Positions 56,792 to 64,000 of a stretch of DNA of 64,000 nt are shown here, one piece after another. The DNA is from an uncultured delta proteobacterium. GTDB taxonomy: Bacteria > Myxococcota > Myxococcia > Myxococcales > Anaeromyxobacteraceae. A program made the position numbers and the translations under genes. The DNA lies in NCBI GenBank assembly GCA_963828255.1, contig CAWHDZ010000031.1, positions 1 through 64,000 on the forward strand, given 5' to 3'. Each line of letters begins with the position of its first letter. Position 1 is the first letter of the stretch. Below the pieces are notes generated by a model that saw nothing but the letters and a program-made list of their open reading frames with translations, ran no database searches and had not been told where the DNA came from.

Positions 56792-57823
56792 TCAGAGGAT
56801 CCGCGCCGCCAGCAGGTCCTGCACGTCGAGGAGGCCGACCGCCCGGCCACCGGCATCGACCACCGGCACCTGGTCGATGCGGGCCTCGCGCATGACCCGG
56901 GCCGCCTCGACCAGCCGCTCGTCGGGGCGCACGGTGCGGGGGTTCCGGGTCATCACCGACGACATCGGGGCGTCGAAGTCCACCTTCTGCTGCTCCACCA
57001 TGCGGCGCAGGTCACCGTCGGTGAACACCCCGAGGAGCTTGCCCCGCCCGTCCACCACCGTGGCCGCGCCGGGGCGCCCCACCGTGCGGGTCATCACCGC
57101 CACCGCCCGCTTGAGCGGCGCGGTGTCCCGCACCAGGGGATTGGCCTCGCCGGCGCGCATGAGCTCGTGCACCTTCATGAGGTGGCGCCCCAGCTTCCCG
57201 CCGGGGTGGTAGAGCGCGTACTCGTCGCGGCCGAATGGGCGGTTCTCCAGCACGGCCATGGCCAGCGCATCGCCCACGGCGAGGAGCGCGGCGGTGCTGG
57301 TGGTGGGGGCGAGCCCCATGGGGCAGGCCTCCTCGACGTCCCCGATGGCCACCACCAGGTCGGCGGCCCGGGCCAGTGGATTCTGGTCGTCGCGGGTGAT
57401 GGCCACGACCCGCGCCCCGATCCGCTTCACCGCGGGGAGCAGCCGCAGGATCTCCTCCGACTCGCCGCTGTTGGAGAGCGCGAAGATGACGTCGGCGCGG
57501 GAGACCCGCCCCAGGTCGCCGTGGGCCGCCTCGGCCGGGTGGAGGTAGAGGGAGTGGGTGCCGGTGGAGGCGAGCGTGGCCGAGATCTTCTGGGCCACGA
57601 AGCCAGGCTTGCCGATGCCGGTGAGCACCACCTGCCCCTTGCAGGCCAGGATCCACTCGACCGCGGTGGCGAAACGGTCGTCGAGACGGAGGCTCCCGAT
57701 GGCCCGCGCCTCGGTGTCGAGCACCATTCGCCCGTAGGCGACGAGCGCCTTCGTGCGCGCGGAGGAGGTGCGCCGGGGCGCCTTCCTCGGCTCGGGTCGG
57801 CGGGCGGATTTCCGGCTCGACAT
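56792..57823 (-). CDS. kdsD: Arabinose-5-phosphate isomerase (KdsD/KpsF/GutQ; SIS plus CBS domains)
   Basis: KISATLASTGT, HPAEAAHGDLG, SNSGES, EACPMGLAPTTS, HPGGKLG, GVFTDGDLRR. Confidence 0.92.
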   Translation of the reverse strand: MSSRKSARRPEPRKAPRRTSSARTKALVAYGRMVLDTEARAIGSLRLDDRFATAVEWILACKGQVVLTGIGKPGFVAQKISATLASTGTHSLYLHPAEAAHGDLGRVSRADVIFALSNSGESEEILRLLPAVKRIGARVVAITRDDQNPLARAADLVVAIGDVEEACPMGLAPTTSTAALLAVGDALAMAVLENRPFGRDEYALYHPGGKLGRHLMKVHELMRAGEANPLVRDTAPLKRAVAVMTRTVGRPGAATVVDGRGKLLGVFTDGDLRRMVEQQKVDFDAPMSSVMTRNPRTVRPDERLVEAARVMREARIDQVPVVDAGGRAVGLLDVQDLLAARIL

Positions 57824-57875
57824 GCTCGCGTCCGTATAGCACCTTGCCCCGGACACCACCATTTCGGGAGGCAGC

Positions 57876-58526
57876 GTGAAGTTCTTCATCGACACCGCGG
57901 ACGTGGGCGAGATCAGGAAGGCCCTCGACCTGGGGCTCTGCGACGGCGTGACCACCAACCCGTCGCTGGTCGCGAAGACCGGCCGGCCGTTCGAGGAGGT
58001 GCTGCGGGAGATCGTGGGTCTGGTGCAGGGCCCGGTCTCGGCCGAGGTCACGGCGACCGACTTCGACGGCATGATGCGGGAGGCCCACGTCTACGCGAAG
58101 TTCGCGCCCAACGTGGTCATCAAGGTCCCGCTGATCCTCGAGGGGCTGAAGGCCACGAAGGCCCTCACCGACGAGGGCATCCGCACCAACGTGACCCTCT
58201 GCTTCTCGCCCAGCCAGGCGCTGCTGGCCGCCAAGGCCGGGGCCACCTACGTCTCCCCCTTCGTGGGCCGCCTCGACGACGTCTCCGAGGACGGGATGGC
58301 GCTCATCGCCCAGATCCTGGAGATCTACCGGAACTACGACTTCGCCACGCAGGTGCTGGTGGCCTCGGTGCGCAACCCGCTCCACGTCGTGCAGGCGGCG
58401 CGCATGGGGGCCGACGTCGCCACCATCCCGTTCCCGGTGCTGGCGCAGCTGGCGCAGCATCCGCTCACCGACATCGGCCTCGCGAAGTTCCTCTCCGACT
58501 GGAAGAAGGTCCCGAAGCCCGGGTAG
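57876..58526 (+). CDS. tal: Transaldolase / fructose-6-phosphate aldolase (short type)
   Basis: [43 protein letters not shown]. Confidence 0.93.
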   Translation: MKFFIDTADVGEIRKALDLGLCDGVTTNPSLVAKTGRPFEEVLREIVGLVQGPVSAEVTATDFDGMMREAHVYAKFAPNVVIKVPLILEGLKATKALTDEGIRTNVTLCFSPSQALLAAKAGATYVSPFVGRLDDVSEDGMALIAQILEIYRNYDFATQVLVASVRNPLHVVQAARMGADVATIPFPVLAQLAQHPLTDIGLAKFLSDWKKVPKPG

Positions 58527-58529
58527 GCG

Positions 58530-58979
58530 CTACGAGAGCGTGACCCGGAAGAGCTGCCGCTCGGCCAGGTCCACGGCGCGGGCCAGGTCGGGGCGGGTGA
58601 GCTTCGCCCCCTCCGCCCAGTCCTTCAGGGAGAGGCACTCCTCGCCGACGTAGAGCAGGAGCAACTGCAGGGCCGCCTGCTCGGCGGGGCCCTGGCAGGT
58701 CATCGGCGCGCGGTTGCGCATGGCCTCGTCGAAGGCCTCGTGCTCGCGGAGCAGGTCGATCCGGGCGAGCTCGAGCCCGAGCCGGAGCACCTCTTCACGG
58801 AGAGGCAAGGCCAGCCCGGCCGCGTAGCGGAGCCGGAGGTCCTCGGTGAGCCATTCGACGCCGGCCGGGGGCCAGGCCCGCAGACGGGTGGCCAGCTCCT
58901 CGGCGAAGCGCGCCAGGATGACCTCCTTCACCGGCTGCTTCTGGGCGTCGTAGAGGTGATCCCAGCGGCGGTCGCGCAC
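58530..58979 (-). CDS. Hypothetical protein
   Basis: Fills the gap between tal and aroF; helical, protein-like composition. Confidence 0.65.
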   Translation of the reverse strand: MRDRRWDHLYDAQKQPVKEVILARFAEELATRLRAWPPAGVEWLTEDLRLRYAAGLALPLREEVLRLGLELARIDLLREHEAFDEAMRNRAPMTCQGPAEQAALQLLLLYVGEECLSLKDWAEGAKLTRPDLARAVDLAERQLFRVTLS

Positions 58980-59103
58980 GGGGGGATTCTATGGCCCTTC
59001 CAGGCCCCGAAGAAACCCAGGAATCTCCGCAGCATCCAGGTTATTCGTCCGCGGAGGCGCCGGGTTGTATCCTCGCGCCCCTTCGAGGAGGCCTGGAACC
59101 CGC

Positions 59104-60117
59104 ATGCTGGTCGTGATGAAGCCGGACGCCACCGAGGCGCAGGTGGACGCAGTGGTCGAGAGGATCCGTTCCATGGGGCTCGTGCCCCACGCCATCCCCG
59201 GCGCCCAGCGCACCGCCATCGGGATCACCGGCAACAAGGGCGGGCTCGACCCGTCCCTCTTCGAGGGGCAGCCGGGGGTGCGCGAGGCCATCCGCGTCTC
59301 GCAGCCCTTCAAGCTCGTCTCCCGCGAGGTCAAGGCGGAGGACACCGTCATCCAGGTGGGCGGCGTCTCCATCGGCGGCCCGCGCATCGTCGTGATGGCC
59401 GGCCCGTGCTCCGTGGAGTCGAGGGAGCAGATCCTCGAGTCGGCACGCGAGGTGAAGGCGGCGGGCGCCACCATGCTCCGCGGCGGAGCGTACAAGCCCC
59501 GCACCAGCCCCTACGAGTTCCAGGGATTGGCCGAGGAGGGCTTGAAGCTGCTCGCGCTGGCCCGTGAGGAGACCGGCCTCCTGGTGGTCACCGAGGCCAT
59601 GGATTCGGAGACCCTCGCCATGGTCGCCGACTACGCCGACCTGGTGCAGATCGGCGCCCGCAACATGCAGAACTTCTCGCTCCTGAAGCAGCTCGGGAAG
59701 CTGGGCAAGCCGGTGCTGCTCAAGCGCGGGCCGTCCTCGACCATCCGCGAGTGGCTCATGGCCGCGGAGTACGTGGTGGCCCACGGCAACCCGCGCGTGG
59801 CCCTGTGCGAGCGGGGCATCCGCACCTTCGAGAACGCCACCCGCAACACCCTCGACCTGAACGCCGTGCCGGTGCTGAAGTCGCTCACCCACCTGCCGGT
59901 CGTGGTGGACCCGTCGCACGGAATCGGGCTGCGCGCCCACGTGCCGGCCATGGCCCGCGCCGCCGTGGCGGCTGGCGCCGACGGACTCATCGTCGAGGTC
60001 CACCCCTGCCCGGAGAAGGCGCTCTCCGACGGGCAGCAGTCGCTCACCCCGGGCGAGTTCGCCGGCCTGATGGCGCAGGTGAAGGTCATCGCCGGCGCCG
60101 TCGGACGCCCCGTCTAG
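59104..60117 (+). CDS. aroF: DAHP synthase type I-beta with N-terminal regulatory domain (paralog 1)
   Basis: [41 protein letters not shown]. Confidence 0.94.
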   Translation: MLVVMKPDATEAQVDAVVERIRSMGLVPHAIPGAQRTAIGITGNKGGLDPSLFEGQPGVREAIRVSQPFKLVSREVKAEDTVIQVGGVSIGGPRIVVMAGPCSVESREQILESAREVKAAGATMLRGGAYKPRTSPYEFQGLAEEGLKLLALAREETGLLVVTEAMDSETLAMVADYADLVQIGARNMQNFSLLKQLGKLGKPVLLKRGPSSTIREWLMAAEYVVAHGNPRVALCERGIRTFENATRNTLDLNAVPVLKSLTHLPVVVDPSHGIGLRAHVPAMARAAVAAGADGLIVEVHPCPEKALSDGQQSLTPGEFAGLMAQVKVIAGAVGRPV

Positions 60118-60163
60118 CCCCTTCCGGTCCCGCCAAGCCGGCGCCAGGCGCCGAGGAGTCGTC

Positions 60164-61180
60164 ATGTTCATCGCCATGAAGCCCCACGCCACGCAGGCCG
60201 ACTTCGACGCCGTCGTCGAGAAGGTCCGTGCGCTCGGCCTCACCCCGCACCCCATCTCCGGCACCGAGCGGCGCGTGGTCGCCGTGGTGGGCAACACCGG
60301 CGCGGTGGACCCCGACGACTTCGCCATGCTCCCCGGCGTGGCCGAGGCCCTGCGCGTCTCGCAGCCCTTCAAGCTGGTCTCCCGCGAGGTGAAGGAGGAG
60401 GACACCGTCATCGACGTGGACGGCGTGCAGGTGGGCGGACGCGCCATCACGGTCATGGCCGGACCCTGCTCGGTGGAGTCCCGAGACCAGATCCTCGAGA
60501 CCGCACGCGCGGTGAAGACGGCTGGGGCCAGCATCCTGCGCGGCGGGGCCTGGAAGCCGCGCACCAGCCCCTACGAGTTCCAGGGGCTGCGCGAGGAGGG
60601 CCTGAAGCTGCTCGCGCTCGCCCGCGAGGAGACCGGCCTCAAGATCGTCACCGAGGTGATGTCCACCGACACCGTGCCGGTGGTGGCCGAGTACGCCGAC
60701 ATCCTGCAGGTGGGCGCGCGCAACATGCAGAACTACCCGCTGCTGGAGCGGCTCGGCCAGATCCGCAAGCCCATCATGCTGAAGCGGGCCCTCTCCGGGA
60801 CCATCAAGGAGTGGCTCATGGCCGCCGAGTACATCGTGGCCAAGGGCAATCCCAACGTGATGCTCTGCGAGCGGGGCATCCGCACCTTCGAGACGGCCAC
60901 CCGCAACACCCTCGACATCAACGCCATCCCGGTGCTGAAGAGCCTCACCCACCTGCCGGTCATCGTGGACCCGTCCCACGGCATCGGCATCCGCAAGCAC
61001 GTCGCGGCCATCGCCCGCGCCGGCGTCGCCGCCGGGGCCGACGGCATCATGATCGAGGTGCACCCCAGGCCGGAGAAGGCGCTCTCCGACGGCCACCAGT
61101 CGCTCTCCTTCCCGGAGTTCGACGCGCTGATGCGCGAGGTGCGGGTGATCGCGCTCGCGGTCGAGCGGCCGGTCATGTAG
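60164..61180 (+). CDS. aroF: DAHP synthase type I-beta with N-terminal regulatory domain (paralog 2)
   Basis: [32 protein letters not shown]; diverged from paralog 1. Confidence 0.94.
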   Translation: MFIAMKPHATQADFDAVVEKVRALGLTPHPISGTERRVVAVVGNTGAVDPDDFAMLPGVAEALRVSQPFKLVSREVKEEDTVIDVDGVQVGGRAITVMAGPCSVESRDQILETARAVKTAGASILRGGAWKPRTSPYEFQGLREEGLKLLALAREETGLKIVTEVMSTDTVPVVAEYADILQVGARNMQNYPLLERLGQIRKPIMLKRALSGTIKEWLMAAEYIVAKGNPNVMLCERGIRTFETATRNTLDINAIPVLKSLTHLPVIVDPSHGIGIRKHVAAIARAGVAAGADGIMIEVHPRPEKALSDGHQSLSFPEFDALMREVRVIALAVERPVM

Positions 61181-61409
61181 GGCGGGCCGCCTGGCCCTCC
61201 GCTTCCCACTGGAACACCTCGTCGAGCGGCTTGCCGAACACCGCCGCGATGCGGAATGCGGCCTCCAGCGAGGGCGAGTACTTGCCCGCCTCGATGGCGG
61301 CGATGGTCTGGCGGGTGACGCCGATCGCCTTGCCGAGGTCCGCCTGGCTCATCTCGCCGGCGAGGAAGCGCAGGGTGCGGATCTGGTTGGTGAGCTTGCC
61401 GCCGTTCAT
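61173..61409 (-). CDS. Small XRE-family HTH regulator
   Basis: [36 protein letters not shown]. Confidence 0.92.
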   Translation of the reverse strand: MNGGKLTNQIRTLRFLAGEMSQADLGKAIGVTRQTIAAIEAGKYSPSLEAAFRIAAVFGKPLDEVFQWEAEGQAARPT

Positions 61410-61834
61410 TTCAGGCCCCGGCGGTAGCCCAGCACGATCGCGGCGTAGCTCACCGTCTCGGCGATGATCACCGAGGCGACCATGGAGTTGACGATGTGCC
61501 AGCCGGAGCTGGTGAAGGGCATGACGCAGCCCACGTACAGGGCCAGGCCGATCAGGACGTAATAGGCGATGGTGCTGGCGCGGCGGTCGATGGCCTGGTC
61601 GCGCTCGTCGGCGACGCCGCGCTCGTCGCGGGGCGTCGTCATCCGCACGAGCAGCCGTCCCAGCAGCACCCACACCGCATTGCCCCCGGCCGCGGCGGCG
61701 AACAGGGCCATCAGTCGGAGGTTGGGGAGCGGCTGCTCCAGGAGCGGGGACCGGTAGGTGATCGCGAAGTAGGGGCCGTAGCAGACGGCCATGCCGACCA
61801 GGGAAAGCCAGGCGAGCTTTTCACGATAGGGCAT
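61406..61834 (-). CDS. DUF2178-like membrane protein
   Basis: Four TM helices with DERDQAI motif; ATGA-coupled to the HTH gene. Confidence 0.78.
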   Translation of the reverse strand: MPYREKLAWLSLVGMAVCYGPYFAITYRSPLLEQPLPNLRLMALFAAAAGGNAVWVLLGRLLVRMTTPRDERGVADERDQAIDRRASTIAYYVLIGLALYVGCVMPFTSSGWHIVNSMVASVIIAETVSYAAIVLGYRRGLK

Positions 61835-61867
61835 CGAGCCGATCCTTTGTTCGTTTGATTTGTCATG

Positions 61868-61908
61868 ATGTAAAGGTAATCGAACATGATGTCAAATGAA
61901 AATAACGT
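61868..61908 (-). promoter_or_regulatory. Tandem imperfect palindromic operators overlapping a TTGACA box
   Basis: ATGTAAAGGTAATCGAACAT (61868-61887) and ATGTCAAATGAAAATAACGT (61889-61908) in an AT-rich island; TTGACA on the minus strand at 61890-61895. Confidence 0.6.
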
Positions 61909-61976
61909 GATGGTTGAGTTTCATTCCTTCTGCTCCGACGAGGCGCACCCCAGGCAACCCCAACTGCGGACGCTCG

Positions 61977-62174
61977 TCAGCGGGTCTCGGGAGCGGGGTG
62001 GGAGAACAGGGCCACGCCGAGGTAGAGGGCGCCCGTCACCTGAAGGGCGAGCACGCCCACCGCCGAGGCCTGGATGCCTGCGGGTGCCAGGATCTCCTGG
62101 GGAAGGAACGACAGGGCGACGGCCGCCGCGCCGGTCGTGAGCGAGGTCGCCATCATCAGGAGCTTCGTGTTCAT
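61977..62174 (-). pseudogene. Truncated membrane-protein gene remnant
   Basis: MNTKLLMM...SFLPQEIL...LQVTGALYLG, ending abruptly after two helices. Confidence 0.5.
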
Positions 62175-62180
62175 CGAGTG

Positions 62181-62600
62181 GTCCGGGTCGAAAGGCTCGC
62201 GTACGACGAGATCGCCGCGGCGCTCCGGATCACGCGGGGAGCGGCGAAGGTGCGCGCCCACCGCGCGCGTCACCCTGGCGGCGCTGCAGGCAGCGCGGGA
62301 ACCGAGAGGAGAAGCACCATGATGCCCAGCCGAGACGTCGTTCGAGATCTCCTGCCCCTCTACGTCGCCGCCGCCCCGGTGCTCGCCGCGGAGGTGGAGG
62401 CGCTTCGCAATTCCGACTCCACGGCAACGCCGGTGCCGGCCCGGGCCGCGGACGGCGATCGGGTCGCGCAGGCGCGCATCCGCGAGGCGGTCCGTACCCG
62501 GAGCGTCCTGCTCGGGATCGCCATCCCGGCGCTCGTCGCCGGGGTCGGCTGCTGGGTGGGCTGGTTCCTGCTGGGGCGCCGGATCAGCAGGAACGCCTGA
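62181..62600 (+). pseudogene. Degenerate ECF sigma factor region 4 plus anti-sigma remnant
   Basis: LAYDEIAAALRITRGAAKVRAHRAR with no region 2, then ATG 62319 SRDVVRDLLPLYVA lacking the HxxxCxxC motif, and a C-terminal TM. Confidence 0.65.
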
Positions 62601-62677
62601 AATTGCCCCACGACCGCCCCAAGGGACCATCGATCTTCCCCGGGCGGGGGCAAGGTGACGAGGGTAGAAGCTGCCCG

Positions 62678-63295
62678 ATGCCGCCCCTGCGCCTCACCGG
62701 ATTCCTGATGATCCTGCTGACGGCCGGCTGCGCGTTCGTCGAGCACGCTCCGCCCGGAAGCGGAACGGCGGCGGCGGTCGCGGCGCCCGCGCCAGGGGCA
62801 GCGACGCCCGCGCCCACCGCACCGGCCGCACCCGGAGTCGTCGAGCCCGTCCCGCCCAGGGCGCCGTCCAAGGCGGTGGGCGGCGCGAAGGCCGCATCGC
62901 CTGCCGCAAAGCCGGTCGCCAAGGCCCCCGCGCCCTCGCCAGTGTCGACTGCACCGGCATCGACGGGCGCAGCCGTCACACCCCCCTCGCCGGCGAAGCC
63001 GCCGCTCGACCTGAACGCGCTGGAAGCCCGGCTCCGGGAGACCGATGCGATCGGCATGTTCACCAAGATCGCGCTCAAGAACCAGGTCGAGGATCTCCTC
63101 GATCAGTTCCGGGATTACTACGCCGGCAAGGTCAAGACCTCGCTCTCCGAGCTGAGGCCACCCTACGATCGGCTGCTCCTCAAGCTGCTGGCGCTCCTGC
63201 AGGACGAGGACCCGGACCTGGCGCGCGCCATCGCGGATTCCCGCGAGCCGATGTGGAGCATCCTGGCCGACCCGGACAGGTTCGCCACCCTCTGA
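62678..63295 (+). CDS. Pro/Ala-rich lipoprotein with helical C-terminal domain
   Basis: Lipobox LTAGC; long low-complexity linker; RLRETDAIGMFTKIALKNQVEDLL. Confidence 0.7.
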   Translation: MPPLRLTGFLMILLTAGCAFVEHAPPGSGTAAAVAAPAPGAATPAPTAPAAPGVVEPVPPRAPSKAVGGAKAASPAAKPVAKAPAPSPVSTAPASTGAAVTPPSPAKPPLDLNALEARLRETDAIGMFTKIALKNQVEDLLDQFRDYYAGKVKTSLSELRPPYDRLLLKLLALLQDEDPDLARAIADSREPMWSILADPDRFATL

Positions 63296-63308
63296 CCGGA
63301 GAAGCGAC

Positions 63309-63563
63309 ATGAACAGGCGAACGATGGTGCTGGCGCTGGCGATCGCATCGATGTCCTTCTTCCCGGGGTCGTCGCGGGCAGACGAGGACCCGGCGCTCCT
63401 GAAGGACATGACCTCGGTGATCGCACTGCTCGGGCTCCCCTGCGGACAGGTCGTCAGCGTGGAGAAGAAGGGCGAGAACGACCACGTCGCGACGTGCAAG
63501 GACGGCAACCGCTACCGGGTCGCCCTGAACGCGGCGGGCCGGGTCGTGGCGACGAAGCAGTAG
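63309..63563 (+). CDS. Small secreted protein with a Cys pair
   Basis: GGAG RBS; signal peptide ending SRA; PCGQV...ATCKDGNRYRV. Confidence 0.75.
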   Translation: MNRRTMVLALAIASMSFFPGSSRADEDPALLKDMTSVIALLGLPCGQVVSVEKKGENDHVATCKDGNRYRVALNAAGRVVATKQ

Positions 63564-63573
63564 GCGCGAGAAA

Positions 63574-63602
63574 GCGGCCCGAGGGTTTCACCCCTTGGCC
63601 GC
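63574..63602. terminator. GC-rich hairpin, probable terminator
   Basis: GCGGCC-CGAGGG-TTTCA-CCCCTT-GGCCGC directly after the 63563 stop. Confidence 0.45.
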
Positions 63603-63636
63603 CCTGGCTCACGCGCACGCCCGGAGGCGAGAGCCA

Positions 63637-64000
63637 TAGAACGCATCTCACAACTGGGTAGCGGCTAAGTCCGCGACCTTCGATCAGAAACCGTCGGCCG
63701 TCGGTCGGAAGATCGACGGCCGATCTCGTTTGTGATCTGAAGCTTGGGATGGACATCACCGACGAGCAGTGGGAACTCGTCCGGCCATCGATCCCCGAGC
63801 CGGAGACGCTTCAGCCCGGACCCAAGGGCGGCAGGCCCTAACGCGACCCGCGCGACGTGCTCAACGCCGTGCTCTGGGTTCTCCGCACTGGCGCACCGTG
63901 GGCTGACCTTCCGGGGCGCTACCCGCCGTACCAGACGTGCCACCGCCGCTTCCAGCAGTGGGTGAAGTCCGGGGTCCTCTTGTTGGGATCACTCGCCGCG
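63637..64000 (+). mobile_element. IS5-family insertion sequence (left part); transposase interrupted by an in-frame stop
   Basis: ATG 63749 MDITDEQWELVRP...[47 protein letters not shown] at 63839-63841; candidate left end TAGAACGCATCTCACAA at 63637. Confidence 0.85.

Noticed and set aside
1..64000. tRNA, rRNA or riboswitch genes
   Set aside because: None recognised by eye in the short intergenic regions; a covariance-model scan would be needed to exclude small RNAs.

Overview
Very GC-rich bacterial DNA whose gene content (TIGR04551-like beta-barrel, N-terminally extended HNH family, argH-lysA-dapA-dapB order) points to an Anaeromyxobacter-like Myxococcota genome. The most notable locus is 1-16.3 kb. 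There a sigma54 activator lacking a receiver domain is transcribed divergently from an 8-gene secreted-protein operon: a ~1940-aa SdrD-B/IPT/beta-helix protein, three two-domain multicopper-oxidase (MCO) paralogs, a small secreted protein, an S8 peptidase with Ig repeats and two lipoproteins. The copper ligands are split between the MCO paralogs in a complementary way: A carries them only in domain 1, B only in domain 2, C has essentially none but carries an Ig stalk. This suggests a heterotrimeric six-cupredoxin oxidase with a single inter-subunit trinuclear centre. The rest is mostly transport, metabolic and housekeeping genes, plus a small accessory patch at 25.9-28.8 kb (Doc/AbrB toxin-antitoxin pair, S8 remnant, HNH gene). 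A near-perfect 6404-bp tandem duplication (28867-41674) truncates one copy of a RamB/PrpR-family regulator. The window also has two tandem DAHP synthases and ends in gene remnants and a stop-interrupted IS5-family transposase. All product calls come from motif recognition by eye; no searches were run.
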